Shown here piece by piece: positions 9,206 through 18,198 of a DNA stretch of 39,258 nt (the first letter of the stretch is position 1; every line of letters begins with the position of its first letter). Source of the stretch: Deltaproteobacteria bacterium (GTDB taxonomy: Bacteria; Myxococcota_A; UBA9160; SMWR01); NCBI GenBank assembly GCA_032128375.1, contig JAQBGU010000003.1, forward strand, positions 1 to 39,258, written 5' to 3'. A program made the translations under genes and the position numbers. The notes beneath the pieces were generated by a model. The model ran no database searches and was not told where the DNA came from. It saw only the letters and a list, made by a program, of their open reading frames with translations.

Positions 9206-9937
9206 ATGAGAATCGACGGGCGAATGCTCGACGACCTGCGTTCGCAGCAAATCACGCCGGACTTCACGGAAAACCCGCTGGCGTCTGTGCTGTGCGAGAT
9301 GGGTCGAACGAAGGTGATGTGCACGGTCAGCGAGGAAACGTCGGTGCCGCGCTTCCTGCGCGGTACGGGCCGCGGTTGGCTGACCGCCGAGTACTCGTTG
9401 CTGCCCGGTTCTACGGATACTCGAGTCGACCGTGAAGCCGCCAAGGGGCGCCCGTCCGGTCGCACCCTCGAGATCCAACGCCTGATCGGTCGCAGCCTAC
9501 GGGCAATCGCCGACCTCAGCGCGCTCGGCGAGCGAACCTTGTGGGTGGATTGCGACGTGTTGCAAGCGGACGGCGGCACGCGCTGTGCTTCGATCACAGG
9601 CGCGTATGTGGCGGTCGCGATCGCGGTCAACCGGTTGATTGCACGCGGCGACTTGAAACGCAGCCCATTGCGAGATTCGGTTGCGGCGATCTCGGTGGGG
9701 ATCGTTGGAGGAGATGTCATGCTCGATCTCGCGTACGCAGAAGATTCGCGCGCGGATGTCGACATGAACGTGGTCGCGACAGGTTCAGGTCGTTTCGTCG
9801 AGGTACAGGGAACCGGTGAGGAAGCGACGTTTTCGAGACAGGACCTCAACGCATTGACGGACTTGGCGCTGCGGGGGGTAGACCAGCTCGCGAAGATCCA
9901 GCTCGATGCCATCGAGCGAGCCGCTCAGACACAGTGA
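9206..9937 (+). CDS. rph: Ribonuclease PH
   Basis: MRIDGR start; GWLTAEYSLLP, GRTLEIQRLIGRSLR, DGGTRCASITG and DMNVV. Confidence 0.97.
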   Translation: MRIDGRMLDDLRSQQITPDFTENPLASVLCEMGRTKVMCTVSEETSVPRFLRGTGRGWLTAEYSLLPGSTDTRVDREAAKGRPSGRTLEIQRLIGRSLRAIADLSALGERTLWVDCDVLQADGGTRCASITGAYVAVAIAVNRLIARGDLKRSPLRDSVAAISVGIVGGDVMLDLAYAEDSRADVDMNVVATGSGRFVEVQGTGEEATFSRQDLNALTDLALRGVDQLAKIQLDAIERAAQTQ

Positions 9938-10542
9938 CCGCACAGATCGTCCTCGCAACCTCGAACGCGGGCAAATTGCGCGAAGTCCGGGAGATTCTCG
10001 CCGACCTGCCACTGGACTTGTTGTCGATCGCGGATTTCCCGGGGTTCGTATTCCCACCAGAGGGCGACGACTACGAGCAGAATGCGATCGCGAAGGCGCG
10101 CGCAGCGTCCAACTTCAGCAATCGCGTCGCGATCGCCGATGACTCAGGGCTCGAAGTCTTCAGTTTGGGTGGTGCTCCCGGGCCGCTATCCGCGCGTTTC
10201 GGCGGGTCGAATCTCGACGACCCTGGACGCGTTCGAGCGCTGCTTGCTGCGATCGAACGCCTGCATGGAGAACAACGCCGTGCGCGATACGTCTGTGTTG
10301 CTGCGCTGACGAGCCCGGAAGGCGACATTGTCACCGCCTGGGGCGAGTGTGCAGGGCACATCCTCGAAGTGTCACGTGGACGAAGTGGTTTCGGCTACGA
10401 TCCGATCTTTGCGGTGGACGGGAAGGGCGCCACGATGGCAGAACTTACCGCGGTGGAAAAGAATCGAATCTCCCATCGCGCAGTCGCATTCACCGCCCTC
10501 AGCGATGCGATCCGGGTAAATCTGGGGCTGGACCTGGATTGA
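9934..10542 (+). CDS. rdgB: Non-canonical purine NTP pyrophosphatase RdgB/HAM1
   Basis: ATSNAGK, ADDSGL, GFGYDPIF and KNRISHR; GTGA overlap with rph, the usual gene order. Confidence 0.96.
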   Translation: MTAQIVLATSNAGKLREVREILADLPLDLLSIADFPGFVFPPEGDDYEQNAIAKARAASNFSNRVAIADDSGLEVFSLGGAPGPLSARFGGSNLDDPGRVRALLAAIERLHGEQRRARYVCVAALTSPEGDIVTAWGECAGHILEVSRGRSGFGYDPIFAVDGKGATMAELTAVEKNRISHRAVAFTALSDAIRVNLGLDLD

Positions 10543-10554
10543 GCTGGTGCGGGG

Positions 10555-10848
10555 CTATCGCGCGCGACTCCAATTCTCGCAGCGCTCATACGGCGTTTGA
10601 TGATTGGGGTCGAACTGAGAGATCAGCTTGCGCAGCCGTCGCGACGCGCGAGGCGCGACGGCCAGCCCATGTTCGCCGAGAAACGACGACATCGCGCTGT
10701 CGATGAATGCGAGCGCTTGTTCCGTCGTGATTGCGTCCGGGTTCCAGCCGAGGTGGTGCAGCTCGAGCCACAGCGCGTAACGCGGGACCAACGTTTCCGC
10801 CGCAAGGGAGATTTCGGCAAATAAGTGGTCGAACAGTCGCCGGTTCAA
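10555..10848 (-). CDS. Hypothetical protein (~97 aa)
   Basis: 3' part of ORF 10555..11544 that fills the rdgB-sigma gap. TTG at 10848 follows a GGAG RBS; the product (NRRLFDHLFAEISLAAETLVPRYALWLEL...) looks globular. Confidence 0.55.
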   Translation of the reverse strand: MNRRLFDHLFAEISLAAETLVPRYALWLELHHLGWNPDAITTEQALAFIDSAMSSFLGEHGLAVAPRASRRLRKLISQFDPNHQTPYERCENWSRAR

Positions 10849-10943
10849 CGTGAGGGGCTCCAACAGCTGGCATTCTGTTAGTGGCTCCAGCGCTTGAATG
10901 GTGTCATTGCGAAGGATCGATGACGATTCTGTCAACCCGTGTT

Positions 10944-10969
10944 GTAACCGATGACCGCGGGTTGGCGTA
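10944..10969 (+). promoter_or_regulatory. Putative ECF (SigF/EcfF-type) autoregulatory promoter GTAACC-N16-CGTA
   Basis: GTAACC at 10944-10949, exactly 16 nt of spacer, CGTA at 10966-10969, about 24 nt before the sigma ATG. Resembles the GTAACC-N16-CGAA motif known for NrsF-associated ECFs. Confidence 0.7.
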
Positions 10970-10992
10970 GATAGGGGAGTACGGTCCTTCAT

Positions 10993-11565
10993 ATGAGCGA
11001 CGAGCGGGAAGACCGCTGGCGTATCTGGATGCTCGCCGCGCAACGCGGAGATGCGCCCTTGTATGAAAAGCTGCTGATGGAATTGACCCCGTATCTGCGG
11101 GGCTTCGTTGGGCGTCGACTCTTCGACCCGACTGCTTCCGAGGACGTCGTGCAAAACGTGTTGCTCTCGCTGCATCGCGCTCGACACACCTACCGACCGG
11201 AGAGGCCGTTCAGTCCATGGCTCCACGCGATCGCCCGAAACGCGGTCATCGATTTCGCCAGGCAACGAACACGCAGGATGCACCGCGAAACTCCCTTGGC
11301 TGCCGACACTGTCGCAGAACCCGCAGTCGACCCGGTCGAGCCGTTCGAACGACGGCTGCCCCAAGCGCTCACGGCTGCGCTCGCAGCACTCCCCGACAAG
11401 CAGCGAGAGGCTGTCGAGCTGATTCATATCGCCGGACTGACGGTTGCCCAAGCGGCCAAGCGAGCCGGCGTGACGAAGTCGGCTCTCAAGGTCCGGGCAC
11501 ACCGGGGGTACCGTTCGATGCGCGCCAGCCTGGATCGCCTGCACGTAGAGGAGGACGAATTGTGA
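10993..11565 (+). CDS. ECF RNA polymerase sigma-70 factor (NrsF-associated)
   Basis: AAQRGD, EDVVQ..L.SLH..RHTY.P.RPF.PWL.AIAR, and region 4 ALKVRAHRG. Confidence 0.92.
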   Translation: MSDEREDRWRIWMLAAQRGDAPLYEKLLMELTPYLRGFVGRRLFDPTASEDVVQNVLLSLHRARHTYRPERPFSPWLHAIARNAVIDFARQRTRRMHRETPLAADTVAEPAVDPVEPFERRLPQALTAALAALPDKQREAVELIHIAGLTVAQAAKRAGVTKSALKVRAHRGYRSMRASLDRLHVEEDEL

Positions 11566-12221
11566 ATCGGCGATTCACAGAGGAACTCGTTGCCGATCTG
11601 GCAAGGGACCTCACTCGCGTGCGACCCGTGGCGCGGCTTCGAGTGGTCGGCGCGACCGCGCTTACGCTGTGGGGTGTCGTTGTCTGGTTGGGTTGGCTGA
11701 TCGACGGCCATTCACCCGCACTCGCCAGTTGGTCTTGGGGCCACTATGCGGGGCTGGTCGGACTGGGGGTTGCCGGTCTCGGTGGGCTGTTCGCATCGCT
11801 TGCGAGCGCGATTCCGGGCCGAGAGGAAACAGCAGACCGCGGCCGCAACGCGGCCGTCTTGGGAATGGTTGCCGCGCTGGCCGCGGGAGCATGTTATGCC
11901 TGGGGACCCGACAGACTATCGTACCCGGGCAGCCTCGGCTGTGTTGCGCGGAGTATCGCGATGGGGATCGCGCCGCTGTTGATCGTAGGCCTGTTTCTGG
12001 CAGGTGGCGCGGTCGGAAAGCTGCGGATGGCATCGTACCTCGCGCTGGTCGGCTCGATCGGTCTCGGCGCGCTTGCCGTTCACGCGATGTGCCCGATCTT
12101 GACCGGCGGGCACGTATGGCTCGGCCATCACATCGGTCCGCTCGTGATTGCCACGCTGGCGTCGTTCCCTCTGGCATCCGCACTGGCCCGCGGGTCCGCG
12201 CTCAGCCCGAATTCGAACTGA
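11562..12221 (+). CDS. NrsF/DUF1109-family membrane anti-sigma factor
   Basis: GTGA overlap with the sigma gene; N-terminus TEELVADLARDL..VRP, about six hydrophobic segments, Cys in LGCV and MCP...H...H. Confidence 0.8.
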   Translation: MNRRFTEELVADLARDLTRVRPVARLRVVGATALTLWGVVVWLGWLIDGHSPALASWSWGHYAGLVGLGVAGLGGLFASLASAIPGREETADRGRNAAVLGMVAALAAGACYAWGPDRLSYPGSLGCVARSIAMGIAPLLIVGLFLAGGAVGKLRMASYLALVGSIGLGALAVHAMCPILTGGHVWLGHHIGPLVIATLASFPLASALARGSALSPNSN

Positions 12222-12261
12222 CGGGGGCGCGTCGCCGCTTCACAGCGGCGAGATCGCCGTT

Positions 12262-12816
12262 ATGTTGGGTCACGTGAGTGAGACCCGATTACTGATCATC
12301 CGACACGCAGAATCCGAATGGAACGCCAGCGAACGCTGGCAGGGACAAGGCGATCCGCCGCTTTCGGCTCGCGGTCGCGAACAGGCGCAGGCGCTCGCCG
12401 ACAAACTGGCGGGTGAAACGATCGGCGCGCTGTACTCGAGCGATCTGGCTCGGGCCGTTGAAACGGCGACGATCCTCGGTGCCCGCTGGGGATTGCAACC
12501 ACAGTTGAACCGAAACCTGCGCGAGCTCGACATTGGCGAGTGGACCGGTTTGACCCGCAGCGAGATCGAGATGCGGACCGCTGATTTGCTGGAGAAATTC
12601 GAGGCGGGGGAGCCGGACGTTCGACCCGGCGGCGGAGAGTGCCGTCGCGAAATCCGCATTCGGATTCGCCGCGAGATGGCCCAGATCGCCGCCGACCACC
12701 CGTCGGAGAACGTCGCGATCGTGACGCATTTGGGCGCAATACGAGCGCTGTTTCCCGGGACGGAACCTGCGAATGCCGATTGGCGCTGGGTGGACGCTTT
12801 GCGGCTCCCCGTCTGA
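12262..12816 (+). CDS. Histidine phosphatase (phosphoglycerate mutase-like)
   Basis: RHAESEWN, WQG, SSDLARA, LRELDIGEW and VTH motifs. Start could also be GTG 12274. Confidence 0.9.
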   Translation: MLGHVSETRLLIIRHAESEWNASERWQGQGDPPLSARGREQAQALADKLAGETIGALYSSDLARAVETATILGARWGLQPQLNRNLRELDIGEWTGLTRSEIEMRTADLLEKFEAGEPDVRPGGGECRREIRIRIRREMAQIAADHPSENVAIVTHLGAIRALFPGTEPANADWRWVDALRLPV

Positions 12817-12938
12817 CTCCTACCGCGTATCGCAATCGACTCTAATATGTGTAGACTCGCCTGGCCATCGCAGTCGGAATCCTGGCCGGCTCGCGAAATT
12901 TCGCGGTTCGCCATCCACGAGGGAGACCGGATGCGGAA

Positions 12939-13742
12939 TCAGTCGACGAATCGATCGAAGAGTTCGGGTGATACGAAGCGGCGCTTTCCTTCGAGGACAC
13001 AGTTCTTCTGCCAGAAAGCGCTGAATGAGAGTTCGAGGAAGTTCATGTAGGGCCGAACGTCCGGCGCGGAGTGCTTCGCGAGTGCTTCGAGGAAGAACTC
13101 GCGCTCGGGTCCGAGCCAGCGGACAGAGGCCTTTGCGGCCCCCGAACCGACAAGGATTCGCGCGCCAATGCTCTCGATGTCGATGCCACGAATGCGCCCG
13201 TCGGCGCAGACTACGAAGTTCTTTCGAATCGCATCGGTGCAGTCGTACCCGATCCACACGGCTGCCGGTGTGATTCGATCCACCATGGCATCGAGCTCAC
13301 GATGTCGGGTGGCGCTCAGTATGCCCGCCGCCTGCAGGAATCCGAGGTCGACATGCAGCGCGTGGTTGTAGTCGGTCTGCGAGGTTTGAACCAGTTCCGA
13401 ATCTCGGGAATTGAGCACCGCGAGAAGCTTTGCGAGCTTGTCGAGGGACTCGCGATCCACCTCGCGCAGCGGCTTACCCTCGATGTACTCGACCCACAAC
13501 TCGTTTTCTTTGCGCAGGATCAGTGCGGGGTAGATCCCGTCGGGCCCGAAAACCCGCAGGTTCGCAGCGCAGCTGTCGGCTTCGAAAGAATCCGCCATGC
13601 AGACCCGTTTGACGGTATGGCCATTGATCTCGACGCGATACACGTTCTGGTTTCGTGGCGGGCGATTGCCGAACCAGATCGAGAACCGGTTGCGAATTCG
13701 CCGGCTCAGGGGATGCAGTGATTTTTGCGGAAGGCGCAGCAT
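12939..13742 (-). CDS. Protein-kinase-like fold phosphotransferase (APH/LPS-kinase-like), divergent
   Basis: N-lobe NVYRV..VKR, hinge WVEYIEG, catalytic-loop-like TDAIRKNF (DxxxxN) and IDIE (DxE). Likely start ATG 13742. Confidence 0.55.
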   Translation of the reverse strand: MLRLPQKSLHPLSRRIRNRFSIWFGNRPPRNQNVYRVEINGHTVKRVCMADSFEADSCAANLRVFGPDGIYPALILRKENELWVEYIEGKPLREVDRESLDKLAKLLAVLNSRDSELVQTSQTDYNHALHVDLGFLQAAGILSATRHRELDAMVDRITPAAVWIGYDCTDAIRKNFVVCADGRIRGIDIESIGARILVGSGAAKASVRWLGPEREFFLEALAKHSAPDVRPYMNFLELSFSAFWQKNCVLEGKRRFVSPELFDRFVD

Positions 13743-13999
13743 ATCGGGATGAGACCTCGAATTCGGACCATAGGACAAAGCCGGCCCGAGCGAATTCCCG
13801 ACAAGCGCGTGGATTTCGGATCTCGGAGGCGGCTGCGCAACCAGCGTCTGGTTGGCGTGCGGTGGGTTGAGCCCGGGTAGATCTAGACAGCGAACTCTGG
13901 CGATCCGGTGCGGTCTGGTCGCCCCCGGGCTGAATCGCCCGTAGACTCCGCCGCGTATCGTCCCTGCGCTGTCCTTGCGCTCTGAGGAGACAGGTTCAA

Positions 14000-14686
14000 T
14001 TGATGGATTTTCTACAATGGCTCTGGTACGACGCGCTGCTGCGCGACGTGGTTGTGCTCGGCACCTATCTCGTGGCCGGAGGGTTGCTCGGCGTCTACGT
14101 GCGCACGCTGTATCGACGCTTTGCCGGTACCGTGTCGAATCGCGACAGCTTCAGCCGCTCGTTTCCACTGCTGACGCTGTCGACCATCCTGGTGATCTTC
14201 GTTGTGAAGTCCTCGTTGGCGCTTTCGCTGGGCTTGGTGGGCGCGCTGTCGATCGTGCGGTTTCGAGCGGCCATCAAGGAGCCCGAGGAACTCGTTTACC
14301 TGTTTTTCTGCATCGCGACCGGCCTCGCGATCGGGGCCGAATACTTCGCAGTGGCCGCGATGGGCACCGTCGTATTCACGGCCTTCGTTGTAGGCTCGCA
14401 CCGAGCCCGCGCTCGGCTCGCCGGCGGAGGCGACCAGTCGCTACTGCTTACGATCTCAGGCGAGCTCGCCGACATCGGCGCCGACTCGCAGCAGGTGATG
14501 CATCTGCTAGGTGAGGTGGCAGGCCCGTTCTCATTGCAGCGCTTCGACGTAGATGGAGGCCACGTCCAGTTGCGCGCGGTCATCGAGCCTCGCGGAGCGG
14601 ACGAGGTCGGTCCGATGTTGACGGCGCTGAGCGATCGCCTTCCGGCGTGCCGGATCTCGTACGTCAACCTCGAGAGCCTGCTCTGA
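14000..14686 (+). CDS. DUF4956 membrane protein
   Basis: Signature SSLALSLGLVGALSIVRFRAAIKEPEE; GAGGAG RBS. Confidence 0.88.
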   Translation: MMDFLQWLWYDALLRDVVVLGTYLVAGGLLGVYVRTLYRRFAGTVSNRDSFSRSFPLLTLSTILVIFVVKSSLALSLGLVGALSIVRFRAAIKEPEELVYLFFCIATGLAIGAEYFAVAAMGTVVFTAFVVGSHRARARLAGGGDQSLLLTISGELADIGADSQQVMHLLGEVAGPFSLQRFDVDGGHVQLRAVIEPRGADEVGPMLTALSDRLPACRISYVNLESLL

Positions 14687-14715
14687 GTCCGCGAGGCGCA
14701 AACGAAGTGAGTGCG

Positions 14716-15495
14716 ATGCAAACCCCGGGATCGAACGCAGTGCTCCGTCCGGCCGACTCGGGCGTCGGCTCGGCTTCCAGTGCGCCCGATGAAGTGACTG
14801 CGCAGCGCCGCGAGATGAAATTCGTTTTCGATGGCAGCCGCGTCGATGCGCTTCGCGATGTGCTCGAAGTAAACGCGCGCCGTATCGCCTTCGGCGACGG
14901 CCCGGTATCGCGGGTAAACAGCATCTACTTCGACGATCATCGGCTCAGCTCGGCCGCAGAGTCGCTGGCGGGTGTCTCGCGGCGCGTGAAGCTGCGGCTG
15001 CGCTGGTACGACGAGTCTTTCGCTCGCCGCGGACTGTTCTTCGAGGTGAAGCGCAGATCTGGACAGGTCATTTCGAAGGACCGCACGCCGTTGGAAGCGA
15101 CCGATGCGATCGATCGGATCCCCTACGACCAGCTCACAGCTTGGCTCAGCGAGGTGCTTGATCCGGAGACCGCCGCACGCTTGAACCTGCGCCCGATCCC
15201 GACCGCGCTCGTTTCATATCAGCGCGAGCACTTCCGCGATCGCGATTCGCCCATTCGACTCACCCTGGACTACCGGATCGAGGGCTTCAGCCAGCTGGGC
15301 CTGCAGCGGCCCGCCCGCCGGGCTGGCGTCGCGCTCGATCGCCTCGCGGTCGTCGAGGTGAAGACGCTTGCCGCGGACGAGCATCAAGTACGGCGTCTGC
15401 TGTTTCCGCTGAAGCCCCGGCTCGCGCGCTGCTCGAAATACGTGCACTGTTGTCTGGCCGATGGCCTGGGCGCTGCACTGCGCGCTACCGATTGA
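14716..15495 (+). CDS. VTC-domain polyphosphate polymerase-like protein (CYTH/TTM fold)
   Basis: RREMKF, SIYFD, KLRLRWY, FEVKRR, YQRE, RLTLD, VEVK and SKY motifs. Start is GTG 14707 or ATG 14716. Confidence 0.88.
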   Translation: MQTPGSNAVLRPADSGVGSASSAPDEVTAQRREMKFVFDGSRVDALRDVLEVNARRIAFGDGPVSRVNSIYFDDHRLSSAAESLAGVSRRVKLRLRWYDESFARRGLFFEVKRRSGQVISKDRTPLEATDAIDRIPYDQLTAWLSEVLDPETAARLNLRPIPTALVSYQREHFRDRDSPIRLTLDYRIEGFSQLGLQRPARRAGVALDRLAVVEVKTLAADEHQVRRLLFPLKPRLARCSKYVHCCLADGLGAALRATD

Positions 15496-15507
15496 GCGTG
15501 GCGCGCG

Positions 15508-16857
15508 GTGGGTGACCTTCGGCTCTACGGACCGTGGTTGGGCGGGTCCCTGTTGGTGCTCGCCGTGGTGGTGACGGGCTCGGTCATCACCGACCCGGTG
15601 CCGCCGCGCGAGCGCGGTCTGCCAGATCAACTCTTCGTCGCAGATGCGAAGCTGCGTCGGACACTGCGTTCCTTCGACCCGAGCGGTTTCGAGGACAAGC
15701 CTGTCGCTGTTGGCGGCGCGGGGATGTCGCTGAATCTGGAACTCGATCCCGACGAATTGTTGCTGCGCTTCGATAAGCGCAACCGCACTCGGCTCAAGCT
15801 GCGACGTACGGACGCATTCATCCAGTTTGGCGATGGAGGATACCTTCCAGCGACTGCGCGGTTGCGCGGCGCGACGACGCTGCGCAATGGCGACAAGCTG
15901 AATTTCGTGGTCGACTTGATCCGCGCGCAGCTGTTCGCCAGTGGGGTCGCCATGAAGAGGCTCCTCTTGATGGCAATGATTCACGATCCACACCAGATCG
16001 TGTCGTTGTTCGGTTACCGGATTTTCGCCGACCTCGGCTTGTATCCTACTGACGTGCAGTACGCGCGCCTGTCCCTGAACGGTGAGCCTCAGGGCATGTA
16101 CCTGCTGGTCGAGCCGCCCCTTGGGGGACTGCGCCGCCTGTATCCCGACCTCGTCGCACTGTACCGGAGGAAGGCGCTCGGGTTCTACAGCATCGCGTGG
16201 CAGAAGAAAGTTCCCGGTGTCGAAGCATCCATCACCGGCTTGCGCGAAATTCGGCGCCAGACGCAACTCGATGACCCGCTTGCGCAATACTCCGAACACA
16301 TCGATCTCGACGCGTATTTCCGCTACCTCGCGGCCAACACCATCTTGTTGAACGAGGACATGCAGGCGGAGCTGTTCTTCTACGAGCGCCGCGCCGACGT
16401 GTCGCATCCCGATCCCCTTCGGCTGATGGCCTGGGATCTCGAGGACATCGGATCCGCCGAGGGGAAGCCGGACGCAGTGGCGGACCCGCTGATCTTCTCC
16501 GGCCGCGACCGCATGGACTTTCACGCCCACGAGCAGCCTCGCCTGCGCGCCCGCTATCGGGAAGTGCTCGCAGAGTTACTTCACGAGGTGCTCACGCCCG
16601 AGTACATTTCGTCGCTGCTGCACACGGTTCGCATGCTGCGAGATGGTCTGGACGACGGTCTGCCCGAGTCGGTGCAGGCAGAGGCACGGCGCGCGCGGGC
16701 AACGTACGCCGCAGAACTGGAGGAACGTCTGCTCGCGCGTCACGCCGAGTTGGTAGGGTTGCTGGCATCGGCCACGGAGTCCGGCCGGCAAATCCCCGGC
16801 AGGCGTCCGGGCCACCCGATGGGTGCCCAACAGCTGGCCGCGGCTCGAACGGAGTAG
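15508..16857 (+). CDS. CotH-family kinase, membrane-anchored
   Basis: N-terminal TM; RLRGATT, LSLNGEPQGMYLLVE, IDLDAYFRY, N.D and WDLE motifs; adjacent to VTC and DUF4956. Confidence 0.78.
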   Translation: MGDLRLYGPWLGGSLLVLAVVVTGSVITDPVPPRERGLPDQLFVADAKLRRTLRSFDPSGFEDKPVAVGGAGMSLNLELDPDELLLRFDKRNRTRLKLRRTDAFIQFGDGGYLPATARLRGATTLRNGDKLNFVVDLIRAQLFASGVAMKRLLLMAMIHDPHQIVSLFGYRIFADLGLYPTDVQYARLSLNGEPQGMYLLVEPPLGGLRRLYPDLVALYRRKALGFYSIAWQKKVPGVEASITGLREIRRQTQLDDPLAQYSEHIDLDAYFRYLAANTILLNEDMQAELFFYERRADVSHPDPLRLMAWDLEDIGSAEGKPDAVADPLIFSGRDRMDFHAHEQPRLRARYREVLAELLHEVLTPEYISSLLHTVRMLRDGLDDGLPESVQAEARRARATYAAELEERLLARHAELVGLLASATESGRQIPGRRPGHPMGAQQLAAARTE

Positions 16858-16867
16858 AGATCAACGC

Positions 16868-18076
16868 ATGGCGAGGATCGCATCGTTGCCTGGCAGGCAT
16901 CGCCATTTTGCCATTTTCTTGCGCTCTCTCGGCGGCGGTGGGGGAGCCGAGCGCGCGATGGTCAATCTCGCCTGCCGCCTCGTCGAGTGCGGTCATCGTG
17001 TGGACCTCGTGCTGGGAGTTCGTGAGGGCGCGTTCTTCGATGAGATTCACCCGGATGTGAATTTGGTGATTCTGGGGCGGCGTAGCGCCTACGCGGCGTT
17101 GCCTCGGCTGTTGCGCCGGCCGGGTAGTGCCTGGCGCATGATCCCTGCGCTGATGCCGCCGAATCCTCACTGGGTGTTGGGGTGTATTCCCGCGCTCAGC
17201 GACTACCTGAAGCGCGAAGAGCCGGACGCCATGCTGTCTGCTCTGAACTATTCGAATCTCGCCGCGATCTGGGCCCACCGGCTCGCCGGCGTTCGAACCC
17301 GCCTGGTGGTGAGCGAACGCAACACATTGTCGCACCGTGCCAGCACTGGGCGTCGGAATCAACGGCTGCCTGGGCTGATCTCCTACTTCTATCCATGGGC
17401 CGATGGCATCGCAGCCGTTTCCGACGGAGTGGCGGACGACCTGGCGGAGACAACAGGTCTGCCGAGGGAACGAATCACCACCACCTACAATCCGGTCGTT
17501 TCGCCAGGTCTCGCCGAGCGCGCTGCACAAGCGGTCGACCACCCGTGGTTGTTCGACGATTCGGTCCCGGTCATTCTCGCTGCGGGCAAACTACGCGAAC
17601 AGAAGGGCTTCGATACGTTGATTGCGGCATTTGCGATGCTGAGGAATCAGCGGGCCGCGCGTCTGCTGATTCTTGGCAGCGGCGAGTTGCAGGTTGCGCT
17701 GGAACAACAGGTGCGCGCTGCTGGCATCGACCGAGACGTGGAGTTCTGCGGATTCGTCGAGAATCCATTCTCCTATATGTCTGCGGCCTCGCTATTCGTG
17801 CTGTCTTCCCGCTGGGAGGGTTTGCCCGGGGTGCTGATCCAGGCGATGGCGTGTGGCTGTCCCGTCGTGAGTACCGATTGCGCGAGCGGACCCAGAGAGA
17901 TTCTCGGCGACGGTGTCGGGATCCTGATACCGGTCGACGATCCGTCCGCGATGGCCGAAGCGATGGCGTGTGCGCTCGATGCGCCGAGAGATTCGGCGCG
18001 CCTCGTCGAACGCGCGCAACGCTTTTCGGTCGAGCGTTCTACTGCATTGTATGCGGATCTCTTGTCAGGCACGTAG
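16868..18076 (+). CDS. GT4-family glycosyltransferase
   Basis: GGGAER, SERN, AVS.GV, GKL..QKG and SSRWEGLPGVLIQAMACG.PVV. Confidence 0.92.
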   Translation: MARIASLPGRHRHFAIFLRSLGGGGGAERAMVNLACRLVECGHRVDLVLGVREGAFFDEIHPDVNLVILGRRSAYAALPRLLRRPGSAWRMIPALMPPNPHWVLGCIPALSDYLKREEPDAMLSALNYSNLAAIWAHRLAGVRTRLVVSERNTLSHRASTGRRNQRLPGLISYFYPWADGIAAVSDGVADDLAETTGLPRERITTTYNPVVSPGLAERAAQAVDHPWLFDDSVPVILAAGKLREQKGFDTLIAAFAMLRNQRAARLLILGSGELQVALEQQVRAAGIDRDVEFCGFVENPFSYMSAASLFVLSSRWEGLPGVLIQAMACGCPVVSTDCASGPREILGDGVGILIPVDDPSAMAEAMACALDAPRDSARLVERAQRFSVERSTALYADLLSGT

Positions 18077-18198
18077 ACGGCTCGCCCAGTGAAGAACCTC
18101 ATCTCCAACCCGTCACTGGTGGCTAGATTCACATCATGGCCCTCTTGGATACCGAGCTCGTCGAGCAGTTCGAAGCAAACGCAGCGCTCGAGGTGGGC

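Noticed and set aside
13898..13912. Sigma54 promoter-like TGGC...TGC (also at 36035)
   Set aside because: GG-to-GC spacing is 9 nt, not the required 10.
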